DNA of 64,000 bases, taken from NCBI RefSeq assembly GCF_009914755.1, contig NC_060938.1. One strand, written 5' to 3'. The stretch is from the human T2T-CHM13v2.0 reference genome, Homo sapiens. How positions within the stretch are numbered: the first letter of the stretch is position 1; the number at the start of each line of letters is the position of its first letter. The translations under genes were made by a program, and so were the position numbers. Positions 16,651 through 34,672 of the stretch are shown piece after piece. Below the pieces are notes generated by a model. It saw nothing but the letters and a program-made list of their open reading frames with translations. It searched no databases and was not told where the DNA came from.

Positions 16651-17229
16651 AAAAAAATTAAATTTTTGTTTGACAAAATTGTGTATATTTATGGTATACA
16701 ACATGTTTTGTTACATATATATATATAGTGGAATGTCTAAATGGAGCTAATTAATGTATGCATTACCTCACATATTTATTTGTTGTGAAAACAGTTAAAT
16801 CTGTTAGCAATTTGAAGTGTACAATATATTGTTATTAACTATAGTCACCATGATATATAATAGATCTCTTGGGCTTATTCTTCCTTTTAGCAGAAATTTT
16901 GTATCTGATGACCAACACCTCCTCAATCTCATCCTCCATCCCTAGCCCCTGAGAACCACTATTCTATTCTCTGCTTCTCTGAGTTTCACTTTTTTAGATT
17001 TCCCATGAGTGAAATAATATTCTATTTGTTTTTTTGTGCTTGTTTTATTTCATTTAACAACATGGATGAATCTTGAGGATATTATGTTGTGAAGGACAAG
17101 ATATATATATTTTTTTTAAGGTTGAATAGTCTTCCAATGTATATGTATATACCACATTTTCTTTATCCATTCACCCATTGATGGACAATTAGGTTGATTC
17201 CATATCTTGGCTATTGTGAATAATGCTGA

Positions 17230-17588
<359 letters not shown>

Positions 17589-18017
17589 CAATTTCATATA
17601 CTTTTGATATATACCCAGAAGTGGGATTATTGACTCAAAGAATTGTTCTATTTTTAATTTTTTGAGGAACCCCCTTACTGTTTTCCATTGTGGCTGTACT
17701 AATTCACATTCCCACCAACAGTGTGAAAGGATTTCATTTTCTTCTCATCCTCATTTACACTTATTTTCCATCTTTTTGATAATAGCCATTCTAACAGGTG
17801 TGAGGTGATATCTTATTGTGGTTATAATTTGTATTTCCCTGATGATTAGTGATGTGGAGCATTTTTTCATATACCTGTTGGCCATTTTTATGTCCTTTTT
17901 TGAGAAATGTCTTTTTCAGGTCTTTAGCCTGTTTTTTAACCTGGTTATTTTCTTGCTCTTTAGTAGTTTGAGTTCCTTATATATTCTGGATATTAAGCTC
18001 ATATCAAACGTATGGGG

Positions 18018-18386
18018 TGTATTAGTCCGTTTTCACACTGCTATAAAGAAATACCCAAGACTAGGTAATTTATAAAGGAAAGAGGTTTAATTGTCTCACA
18101 GTTCCACATGGCTAGGGAGGCCTCAGGAAACTTAACAATCATGGCAGAAGGTAAAGGGGAAGCAAAGACCTTCTTCACGTGGCAGGAGAGCGAAGAGAGG
18201 GTGAAGTGGGAAGAGCCCCTTAGAAAACCATCAGGCCTTATGAGAACTCACTCACTATCATGAGAACAGCATGGGGAAAACTGCCCTCGTGATCCAGTCA
18301 CCTCCTATCAGATCCCTCCATTGACACATGGGGAATTACAATTCGAAATGAGATTTGGGTGGGGACACAGAGCCAAACCATTATCA
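18018..18386 (-). mobile_element. THE1 (THE1D-like) MaLR solo LTR
   Basis: tgtattagtccgttttcacactgctataaag...agccaaaccattatca; tatgg at 18011-18015 and 18387-18391. Confidence 0.92.
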
Positions 18387-18478
18387 TATGGTTTGCAATA
18401 ATTTTCTCTCATTCTGTAGGCTGTCTCTTCACTCTGTTGATCATGTACCTTGCTGGGCAAAAGACTTTTAGTTTGCTA

Positions 18479-18886
<408 letters not shown>

Positions 18887-19466
18887 TCAGGTTGTATATT
18901 TGAGTCCTTAAGCCATTTTGAGTTGATTTGTATATGACGTGAGATAAAAGTCCAGATTTATTCTACTGCATGTGGATTTTCAGTTTTCCCAATATCATTT
19001 GTTGAAGGGACTGTTCTTTCTCCATTGTGCATTCTTGACATCTTTGTCAAAAATCGGTTGACTTATTTCTGGTCTCTCTTCTATTCTATTTGTCTATGTG
19101 CCTGTTTTTGTGCCAGTACCATGCTGTTTTGATTACTGTAGGCTTGTTGGAGATTTTCAAATCAGGCAATATGATGCATCTAGCTTTGTGCTTTTTGCTC
19201 AAGATTGTTTTCCTATTTAAGGTCTTTGGTCGTTCCATGTGAATTTTAGGATTTTTCTAAATCTGTGAAAAATGCCATTGGAATTTTGACAGTGGTTACG
19301 TTGAATCTGTAGATCACTTTGGATAGTATGGACATTTTACCAGAATTTTTACAATTCATGATTACTGGGTATCTCTCAATTTTTCTGTGTCTTAAATTTT
19401 TTTGTGTGCGTGTTTCGTACTTTTCAGTGTGCAGATTTTTCAATTCCTTGGTTAAATTTATTCCTC

Positions 19467-19491
19467 TGTGTGTGTGTGTGTGTGTGTGTGT
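19467..19491 (+). repeat. (TG)12 microsatellite
   Basis: Read directly. Confidence 0.92.
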
Positions 19492-20434
19492 ATACGTCTG
19501 TTTTTGTAGCTATGGTAAATGGTATTGTTTTTTGATTTTTTTCAGATATTTTGTTGTTAGTGTATAGAAATGCTACTGATATTTGTACGTGGTTTTGGAT
19601 CTTAAAACTTTACTGAATCTTTGGTTAGTTTTAACTTTTTTTTTTGTAGAGTTTAGGGTTTTCTATACATAAGATGCTGTCAGCAACCAAAGACAATATA
19701 ACTTCTTCCTTTCCAATTTTGATGTTTTCATTTCCTTTTTTGCCTAATTTCTCTAACAAAGACTTCCATTAACTACGTTGAATAGAAGTCGTGAGAGTGG
19801 GTATGCTTGTCTAGTTCCTGATCAGAGAAGAAAAGCTTTCAACTTTCTACTGTTGTGTATGATGTTAGCTGCACACTTTTCATATATGGTCTTTATTGTG
19901 TTGTGGTGCATCCTTTTATAACGCATTGTTTTATTTTCCCTTTGCCTTCTTCTTTGACACACTGGTTATTGAATAACCTGTTGCTTAATTTCCACATAGT
20001 TGTGGTTTCCTACCACATTTCATATCATTGTGGTTGGAAATAATAAATGATACCATTTGGATCTTCTTAAATGTATTGAAACTTATTTTGTGGGCTAACA
20101 TATTACCTATTATGGAATGTTTGGTGTGCACTTGAAAAGAATGTGGATTCTGCTGCTTTTGGAAGGAATATTCTGTGTATATCTGTGAGGTCCAATTTGG
20201 TCCATAGTGCTGTTTGATTCTGTTGTTTCATTATTGATTTTCTCACTGGATGTTCTCTTTATTGCTGAAGCTGGGATATAGATATTTTCTACTGTTATTG
20301 TTTTGCTGTCTATTTCTCCATCAGTCCTGGTAGTATTTGTTTACATATTTAGGTGGTCTGATGTTGGGTGCATATAAACTTACAATTGTTATATTTTCTT
20401 GATGAACTGACCACTTTCTAATTATATAATAACC

Positions 20435-20738
20435 TTTTTTTTTTTTTTTTTTCTGAGACGGAGTCTCGCTCTGTTGCCCAGGCTGGAGCACAGTGGTGCG
20501 ATCTTGGCTCATTGCAACCTCTGCCTCTTGGGTTCAAGTGATTCTCCTGCCTCAGCCTTCTGAGTAGCTGGGACTACAGGCAGGCGCCTGCCACCACGCA
20601 CGGCTAATTTTTGTATTTTTGGTAGAGACGGGGTTTCACCATGTTGGCCAGGATGGTCTCGATATCTTGACCTTGTGATCCACCTGCATTACCCTCCCAA
20701 AGTGCTGGGATTACAGGCGTGAGCCACCATGCCCAGCC
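20435..20738 (-). mobile_element. Alu SINE (AluSc/Sg-like)
   Basis: Full antisense Alu; TSD tatataataac / tatataatgac. Confidence 0.95.
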
Positions 20739-21561
20739 TATATAATGACTTTTTTTTTTAATCTCTTGTGACTTAAAGTCTACTTTATTATGAATACAGC
20801 TACTCCTGCCCTCTTTTGGTTTCCATTTCCCTGGGGTACCTTTTGCTATCCTTTCACATTCAACCAATTTGTGTCCTTATAGACGAAATGAATCTCTTGT
20901 AGGCAGCATGTAGTTGAGTCTTGTTTTTAATTTTTTTTTTAAATATCCATTCAGCCGCTCTGTCTTTTGATTCAGGAATCAGTCCATTTACAATCAAGGT
21001 ATGTATTGATAGGTAAAGATATGCTACTACTAACTTTGCATTTTCTGGTAGTTTGTAGATTCTTTGTTTCTTATATTCTGGCTGGCTTTCTTTTTGATTT
21101 ATTTTTCTGTAGTAGTATGCTTTGGCTCCTTTCTCTTTATTCTCTTGTATCTACTACAGGGTTTTTCTTTGTGGTTACTGTGAAGCCTGTATAAAACATC
21201 TTGTCACTCTAACAGATTATTTTTAGCTGATAATTGATTTAACTTTAACCATTTACTAAAACTATATGCTAACTTCTCCTTTCCCCCACATTTTCTGTTA
21301 TTCATGTCACAATTTACATCTTTTATATATTGTGTATCCATTAACAGATTATTGTATCTATGGTTATTTTACTGCTTTTCTTATAACTTTCATACTGTAG
21401 TTAAAAGTGATTTATGTACCGCCATTATAGTATTAGAGTGTTCTCTATTTGAGTATATTCTTAGCTTACAGTGAGTTTTATATTTTCATATGTTTACATG
21501 TTGCTAGTTAGCATCCTTTACTTTCAACTAGATTTCTCTTTAGCATTTCTTGTAAGGTAGG

Positions 21562-22090
21562 TGTGGTGGATAATTTTAGGTGTCTTATTGACTGCATAAG
21601 GAACATATAGGGAATTGGTAAAGCATTGTTTTGGGGCATATCCATGAGGATGTTCTAGAGAAGATTTGTTTGTGTGTCTGAGTGGACTAAGTGGGCAAGG
21701 TCTGCTGTCAGTGTGGGTAGGCATCATCCTATCGACCATGGGCTGGTAGAGAACAAAAATAAGGGAAAGACAAATTGGTCTCTGTCTCTGTCCCAGATCT
21801 GGGATATACTCTCCTGTTCTTGAACATTAGTACTCCAGGCTCTCTGGCCTTTGTACTTCAAGAGTTACACCCCTCCCCTGTCCTATGTTTTCAGGCTGTT
21901 GGACTTAGGAGTCAGCCATGTTACCAGCATAGAGTCTGTAGCTTGCAGATGACCTGTTGTAGGATTTTTCAGCCTCCATAATTACATGAGCCAATTGCCT
22001 TAATAAATCTCCTCTCATATGTCTATATTTATATCTATCTATATATACATCCTATTGATTCTGTCTCTGTAGAGAACCTTGACTAATACA
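21562..22090 (+). mobile_element. MLT2-family ERVL solo LTR
   Basis: tgtggtggataattttaggtgtc ... taataaatctcctctcatat ... gagaaccttgactaataca; TG..CA ends. Confidence 0.85.
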
Positions 22091-22559
22091 GTGAGTCTGG
22101 TAATTACGAACTCTCAAAGCTTCTGTTTGTCTGAGAAGATCTTTATCTCTCCTTTATTCCTGAAGGACAGCTTGCTGAGTATAGTGTTCTTGGTTGACAG
22201 ATTTTTTTTCCCTCTCACTTTCAGCATTTTTCAGTATTCTCACATGCTCTCCTAGCCTGCGAGGTTTCTGCTGAGAAATCCACTGATCATCTTATAATGT
22301 TTCCCCTTGTATGTGGTAGGCATTTTTTCTCTTGCAGCATAAAAACATTTATTTTTGTCTTTGCCATTTGAGAATTTAATTTTAATGTATCCCAATTATT
22401 TTGAATTGTCAGATGGTTTGTAAATATAAATTTCTTTAGAGTCATTTAGTAGTACATTATTTTGCCAGTTTTTACAGACTGGCTTTGACAGAAGAAGCTC
22501 TTTACCAGTCAGCCTGTCCAGTGTTTCTGAGTGGGCTTGCTACTAGAATTCTTGGGAAG

Positions 22560-23260
22560 GCTGGCTTAGTGCCCATGTCAGCAGTTTGTCAGGCCTGGTG
22601 CCTGAGCTCATAGGAGCCTGCCGGGTGCCCAGACACAACCAGGTTATGTCTGCTGGAGCAGGCCTGGATCCTGGGTGCCTGGGGGCTGTCTTGGCATCAG
22701 AGTCTAATCAAGTGGGCCTGCTAACTGGATTTGTAGGGGCATGGAACCTGTGTCTATGGGGGGCTGGCCTGTCACTGGGATCTACTGGGGTAGGCCTGGT
22801 GTCTGGGTGTCTGGGATCTACTGGAGTGGTCCTAGAGGCTGCATCCGTGGGATGGGTCTAGAGTCTGAATCCATGGGAACTGGCTGGACACTGGGGCAGG
22901 CCTGGAACTTTAATCTGCAGGAGTGGGCCTGGGTTTTTGATCTGTGGGAGACAGACTGAAGCATGGGTCCACAGGCGTGGTCTTGGGAGCCTGGGCCTGT
23001 TGGAGTGGGCCCAGCACTGGGATCTACTAGGCAGGCCTAGATGTTGGGTCTGCTGGACCCTGCCTGGTGCTAGGGTTATCCTGGAGCCTGGGGCTTCAGG
23101 GGCCAGTTTGGAGCCTGCAGCTGTGGATGCTGGCCTGGTGCCTTGGGTTGTATGGGCCAGGTTGGAGTCTCATTCTGTGGGCATGGGCCTGGATCCTGCA
23201 TCTGTGCTGGCTAGCTTGGAGGCTGGGGCCACAGGAGCTGGCCTGGTACTGGTCTTGTGG
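22560..23260. repeat. Degenerate G-rich ~25-bp tandem array (ggcctggagcctgggtctactggggt-like)
   Basis: ggcctgg/ctggg motifs recur at roughly regular spacing, at the 5' end of the L1MA. Confidence 0.65.
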
Positions 23261-24067
23261 TACTTTTTAAAGGAAGTGTAATTCTTTTATAACACAAATG
23301 TTTGGCTCTTTTAGCTCTTTAAAAATAAACCTGGATTTTTTTTTTTCAAGAGGGAAAGAGTATGGCATAATGGAAGGAGAAAGGGACTCAGAGTCAGCCC
23401 AATATTAATCATGTCTGAGCCACTTATTAGTGGAAAGATCTTCATCAATTTACTAATCCTCTCTGTACTTTTTTTTTTAAATCTTGGAAATGTGTATAAT
23501 AATGCCAATAATATCTCTAATAACAGGGGCTTCAGGATTGCAATCTGCTTAGAAGAGTAGGAGGCTAACATACTTATCTTAAAAATTTATGGCAAGCATA
23601 TTTTCTATGCACAATCTAAGTTTATTTGGGGGATTTGGTGGGGTAGGAAATTTTGGTGGAAGTAATAGGAAGAAAATACCTTCACGTCAATCCCTTAGTG
23701 CTGCCAGCAGAATAATGTATTTATGTAATCAAGACTATTATGATTAAGAGTAGTATATTTTTAGTGAGTGCTGGCTATCTTCTGTATTTAATTACTGAAA
23801 GAGATGAACTGTTTCAAAATCCTCTTTTTCTTTCTAGAATGAATTCCAACCATTTAAATAATTCATAATTTGAAATAACATTATTCAATTTGTTCCCCTA
23901 TTCTGATATTTAAGGGTCATGAATTGCCATGTTTTCCTTTTCTTAAATCAATGTCTGTGTCATTTACTTTTACTTTCCTTTTGATAAGCAGTTGGACATT
24001 GATGTTATAACTGAAAAAAATAGTCTATAGCAGCGCATCTGTAATTTTCATTTCAGTTTAATTGCCT

Positions 24068-24192
24068 AGGAATCTTGTTGACTGACGATTCTGATTTAGT
24101 AGGTCTAAAGGTGGGACCTGAGATTCTGCATTTCTAACTAACTCCCAGATGCTGCTCTTACTAGTCTATAGACCACACTTAAAAGTGGCATG
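24068..24192 (+). mobile_element. MER5A-like hAT fragment
   Basis: gattctgatttagtaggtct...gagattctgcatttctaac...gaccacactt; strand uncertain. Confidence 0.7.
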
Positions 24193-25159
24193 GGACTTGA
24201 AATAGTGTAGGTTATCACAAAATTTTAAAGGTGGAAGGAACTGTACAAAGTTGGTAATTCTTGGGCATACAGTGATTTCAGGGTGAGGACACTAAAACTT
24301 AGAGAATCCAAGGGTCTTGGGATAAGGTCATGATAGCTAACAGAACCATAAGAAATTCAACTCATTCTATAGTTTTTGTGTGCTTTCTACCACACACCAG
24401 TGCTTCTTAAGTTTCAGTTATTTACATATATTATGTAAGTTCCTAGATAAATCTATACAGTGAAGCTGAAATCCCTGGAATGTGCTATGTTACAATTATT
24501 CCTTCTTCAAGTAACTGAAGACATTATTAAATTATGGCAAGATTTGTCAACCAAAGTCTCAGTGATATCTGTACACCTACATTAAAGGAAAATGAATACA
24601 TATGCAATCTGCTGTCAGAATTTTAGGAATCCTGATCTTTACTGTTCTGATAAGTCTCTTCTAAAGGTGTTTTAGAGACTGATTTTTCAATTTGATTACT
24701 AAATAAAGCAAAGGAAAGAACTAAAGGAATTTTGCATGAGGAGAGGACGAATGAGATTTCACTATGGACAGAATTGTGACTAAATTTTACCATATGGCCT
24801 ACAATGTCTCTCCCAGTCAAGGTTATATATAATGCCTCTGTACTCTTCTATTTCCCAGTATCATATCTGGAACCAAGACACTTGGACAGGAATCCTATTT
24901 TAGACAGAGGACTGAAAGTAGTAAATGTAAATATTTTTAAGACATTGCATTTGATAAGGAATAAAGGAAGAGTGAATCTCTGACTCATTTCTCCTCAAAT
25001 TATTATTTTGTTGTGATTTATGAAAATTAACAATCTGAACAAGAGAAGGAAGTTATGATTAATTTTGGAAGATTGTAAATTGCATACCAGTTTTCCAATG
25101 TTAGCCATTTTTAATCAACTCAGTTTTTAAACAAAAATTTATAAATATGGCTGAACCGA

Positions 25160-28100
25160 AGATATCTATAGAGAGCTTCAACATAAGATTTGATCAAGCA
25201 GAAGAAAGGATCAGTAAGCTCACAGACTGGTTATTAGAAATTACCCAGTCAGAAGAACAAAATGAAAAAAGAATTTAAGAGTGAGAAAGTCTGTGAGAAT
25301 TATGGGGCAGTGAAGCAAACCAATCTTTGCATTATAGGAGTTCCAGAAGGAACACAGAGAGAGAAAGGAGTAGTGAATGTATTTAAAGAAATAATGACAG
25401 AAAACATTCATAAACTAGGGACAGATATAAATGTCCACACATAGGAAGCTCAAAGGTCTCCAGTTATGTTCAGCTGAAACAATGCTACAATAAGACTTAG
25501 TAAAACTCTCAGAAGCGTTAAGACAAAGAGAGGATCCTGAAAGCAGCAAGAGAAAAGAAGCAAATCTCATACGAGAGAACTCCATTATGGCTATCATTAG
25601 ATTTTTCAACAGAAACCCTGCAGGTCAGGGATAGAGTGAAAAAAAAAAAAAAAAAAAGCAAACAAAAATTTCTTGCTCAAAGAAAGAAAAAAAAAAACAC
25701 CAGGAACCATAAAGTTGTCCCTCAGAAATGAAGGAGAGATAAGGACTTTCCCAGACAAATAAGAACTGAGGAAGTTCACTAGACTTGCCTTATAAGAAAT
25801 GCAAAAGGGAATTCTTTAAGCTGAAAGAAAAGGATGGTAATTGGTAATATGAAAACATATAAATGTAAAAAATTCACTGGTGAAAGTAAGTATGTAGTCA
25901 GATTCAGAATGCTGTATGTAAAGCTACAATGGTGGTGTGTAAATCAATTATATCTTTAGTAAGAAGGTTAAATATAAAGTAGTTAAAATAGGTATATTTA
26001 CAATAATTAAGTGATATACAATATATAAAATGTAAATTTTGACATCAGTAACAATATGTTGGTGGGTAATAAAATTGTAGAATTCTTGTGTGTTATTGAA
26101 GTTATCAGCTTAAAAATAGCCTGTTACAACCGTAATATGTTTTATGTAAGCCTCATGGTAACCACAAAAGAAAGAGCTACAGTAGATACATAGGAGATAA
26201 GTAAGAAATCAAAGCATACCACAACAGAGAATCATTAAATTACAAAGGAAGACAGGTAGAGTGGAAGAAAGGAACAAAAAATCTGCAAAGCTACCAGAAA
26301 ACAATGAACAAAATGGCAGTTGTATGTCTTTATCTATCAAACAAGTAGTTTAAATGTCAATGGATTAAATTCTCCCATCAAAAGATACAGAGCAGCTGAA
26401 TGGATTAAAAAAAAAAAAGTCCAAACTATATGCTGTTAATAAGAGACTCATTTCATCTTTAAGGACACAAATAGACTGAAAGTGAAGAAATGGGAAAAGA
26501 TAGTCTATGAAAATGGAAACGAAAAGAGAGCAGAGGTTGTTATACTTAGATGAAATAGACATTAAATAAAAAATTGTGAGAAGAGGCACAGAAGATTATT
26601 ATATAATGATAAAAGTGTTGGTTAATCAAGAAGATACAGCAATTGTAAACAGATATGCACCCAATATCAGAACACCTAAATACATAAAGCAAATATTAAT
26701 AGATCTGAAGGGAGAGACAAGACTGCAAGACAATAATAGTATAGGACTTCAATATTTCACATTCATCAATAAACACATCATCGACTTAGAAAATCAATAT
26801 GGAATTTGATTTATAATTTGATATGTGGACTTCAATCACACAGTAAAGCAACTGTACCTAACAAACGTATATCAGAATAGTTCATCCAACAACATTGGAA
26901 CACACATCCTTCTTAAGCATATGCTAAACATTCTCCAGGGTATACCACGTTAGTCTAGAAAACAAATCGTAACACATTTAAGAGGATTTAAGTGATATCA
27001 AGTATCTTTTTTAACCACAGTGGTATGAAATTATAAATCATTAATAGGAAGAATTTCAAAAAATTGCAAATATATGGAAATTAAACAACATGCTTCTCAA
27101 TAATCAGTGGGTCAAAGAAGAAATTTAAAGGACAATAAAACAATACCTTGACACTAATGAAAGTGGACACTCAACATATCAATTTGTATAGGATGCAGCA
27201 AATCATAAGAGAGAAGTTTATAGCAACAGATGCCTACACATAAAAGAAGAAAAATCTCAATCTAGTGTTACACTTCAAGGAACTAGAAAAATAACACACT
27301 AAGCCCATAGTTAGTTGAATGAATGAAATATTAAAAATCAGAGCAGAAATAAATGAAGTAGAAATTATAAAAGCAATAGAAGAGATCAACAAAGCTAAGA
27401 GTTGTTTTTTTAAAAGATAAAATTGACAAACCTTTAGCTAGACTGAAAAAATAGTGAAGAGTTAAAGAAAATCAGAAATGAAAGAGGAGACATTACATCT
27501 TATATCACTGGAATATGAAGGATCATAAGAGACAACTATGAGCAATCATATGCCAACAAATTAGATAACCTAAATTCCTGGAAACATACATCTTATCAAG
27601 ACTGAATCATGAAGAAGTTGAAAATCTGTATAAACTACTAATTAAGGAAGTTGAATCAGCAGTCATAGACTGCCCAAAAAACAACCCAGGACCTGATGCC
27701 TTTACTGGTGAATTCTACCAAATATTTAAAGAATAAACACCAGTGTTTCTCAAGCTCTCTCAAAAAATTGAAAATTGATGAGAGAAAACTTCAAACTCAT
27801 TTTAAGAGGCCATCATTACCATGATACCGAAGTCAAAGACACTACAAGAAAAAAAAATGCAGGCCAATATTGTTGATGAAGATAGATGCAGAAATTCTCA
27901 ATGAAATACTAGCAAACCAATACATGAAAAACATCATACACCATGATCAAGCAGGATTTATTCCTGGGATGCATTTATGTCTGTGGTTCAACATTTACAA
28001 GTTGATAAATGTCATACATTAATAGAATAAATTACAAAAACCATGTGATTATCTCAATAAATGCAGAAAAAGCATTAGAGAAACTTTAACATTTTTTATG

Positions 28101-28210
28101 ATAAAAACCCGCAGCAAGTTAGGTATAGAGGGAATGTACCTGAACACAATAAAGGTCATATATGATAGGCCCAAAATTAACGTCATACTCAACAGTAGGA
28201 AGGTGAAGAT
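25160..28210 (+). mobile_element. Old L1MA copy A: ORF1 remnant, long inter-ORF region and 5' half of ORF2, with no 3' end
   Basis: ORF1-like NLCIIGVPEG (25262-25444), endonuclease-like YAPNIRTPKYIKQIL (26576-26809), RT-like catgatcaagcaggatttattcctgggatgc. Confidence 0.85.
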
Positions 28211-29364
28211 GTAAAAAAAAAAAAAAGATGTAAATTACTACATGAAATCATAAAATATTATTGGGTGATGGAATAACAGTGTAGAGTTACTTTATGCAAT
28301 CAAACCAAAGTTATCAGCTTAAAATAGTCTAACTGTAAGATGTTTCATGTAAACCTCTTGATCACTATAACGAAAAACTATGCTAGATACACTTAAGATA
28401 AAAAGTGGGAATCAGAGCATAGCACTAGAGAAAATCCTCTAACCATAAAGGAAGACAGCAAGAAAGGAAGAAAGAATTACAAAACAACCGGAAAACAATG
28501 AACAATATAGCAATAGTAAATCCTTACCTATAAATAATTACCTTGAATATTAATAGATTAAATTCTTCAAAGAAAAGATAGTGACTGAATCAATCAGAAA
28601 ATAAGACCCAAGTATGTTCTGCCTATAAGAGAATCACTCTCACCTTTAAGGGCACATACAGATTGAATGTGACAGGATAGAAGTAGATAATCCATGCTGA
28701 TGGAAACCAAAAGAAAGCAGGAGTAGCTATACTTATATCAGATGAAATAGAATTTAAATAAAAATTATAAAAAGAGACACAGAAAAGGTCATATAATGTA
28801 AAGGGGTCAATTTATGAAGAAGATATAACAATTGTAAATATATCTGCACCCAACATCAGAGTACCTAAATATATAAAGTAAATGTTAATAAATCTGAAGA
28901 ATGAGATAGACTGCAATATAGTGTAGTAGACTTTAGTATGCCTCTTTAAATAATGAACAGATCATCCAGACAAAAAATGATATAGAACTTGAACTACATC
29001 TTAGACCAAATGTAACAGACGTATATAGAGCATTTCAGCCTTCTATCCAACAGTAGCAGAATCCACATTTTTCTCGAGCATTTTGGAAACTTCCCCAGGA
29101 TAGATCGTAAGTCAGACCAGAAAATAAATCTCAACAAATTTAAGAAGATTGAAATTATGCCAAATATCATCTCCAGTCACAATGGTATGAAAATAGAATT
29201 CATAACAGAAGGAATATTGCAACATTTATAAATTTGCACAAACTTACTTGGCCCTAAACAACCAAGAGTAAAACTGAAATGGGAAATTAAAGGGAAATTA
29301 AAAATATCTTGAGACAAATGAAAATACTACATAACAAAAATTATGGGATGCAACAAAAGCATTT

Positions 29365-33727
<4,363 letters not shown>

Positions 33728-34672
33728 TGCAACGAAAGCATTTCTAAGAGAAGTTTATAGCAATAAACACACAGATCAAAAATAAGAAAGATCCCACTAA
33801 AACAGTCTAATGCTGAACCTCAAAGGACTAGAAAAAACAACAATATAAATCCCTAGTTTATAGTAGCAAAGAAAAAAACAAAGGTCAGAACAGAAATAAG
33901 TGAAATAGAGACTGTAAAACAATAGGAAAGATGAACAAAACAGAATTGATTTTTTCAGAAGATAAACAGTTGACAAACTTTTAACTAAGAAAAATGACAG
34001 AAGACTGAAATATATAAAATAAAAAATGAAAGAGTAGGCAATACAGGAGATACCACAGAAATACAGATGACAAGAGACTACTGTGAACAGTTATACACAA
34101 ACAAATTACATAACCTAAAACACATGGATGAGATCCTGGAAATGTACAACTACCAAGAATGAATCATGAAGAAATAGAAAAGCTTTACATAATAACAAGT
34201 AAGGAGATTAAGTCAATAATAAAAAATAGCTCTTATGTGAAAAAGTTCAGGACTTGATGGTTTCACATCTGAACTTTACAAACATTTAAAGAAGAAGTAA
34301 TACCAATGCTTCTGAAATTCTTCCAAAAAATTGAGGAGTAGATAAATCTTTCAAACTATTTTAAGAGGCCTGTATGACCCTGATACCATAGACAAACAAG
34401 TATATTATAAGAAAAAATTACCAGCCAATATTCCTGATAAACAGATGCAGATATTCTCAATAAAATACTAGCAAATTAAATTCAGTAACACATTATAAGG
34501 ATCTGTTGTCATGATCAAGTTGGATTTATTTCTGGGATGCAAGTTTGGTTCAACTTATGCAAATCAGTGGAGGTCATACACTACATTAACAAAAAGAAGG
34601 ACAAAAATATGGCTATCTGAATAGATGCAGAAGAGGCATTTGACAAAATCTAAAATATTAAGTAAAGAAGAT

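Noticed and set aside
22586-23281. Overlapping 67-114 aa ORFs as genes
   Set aside because: They are chance open frames in a G-rich degenerate repeat with no recognisable domain.
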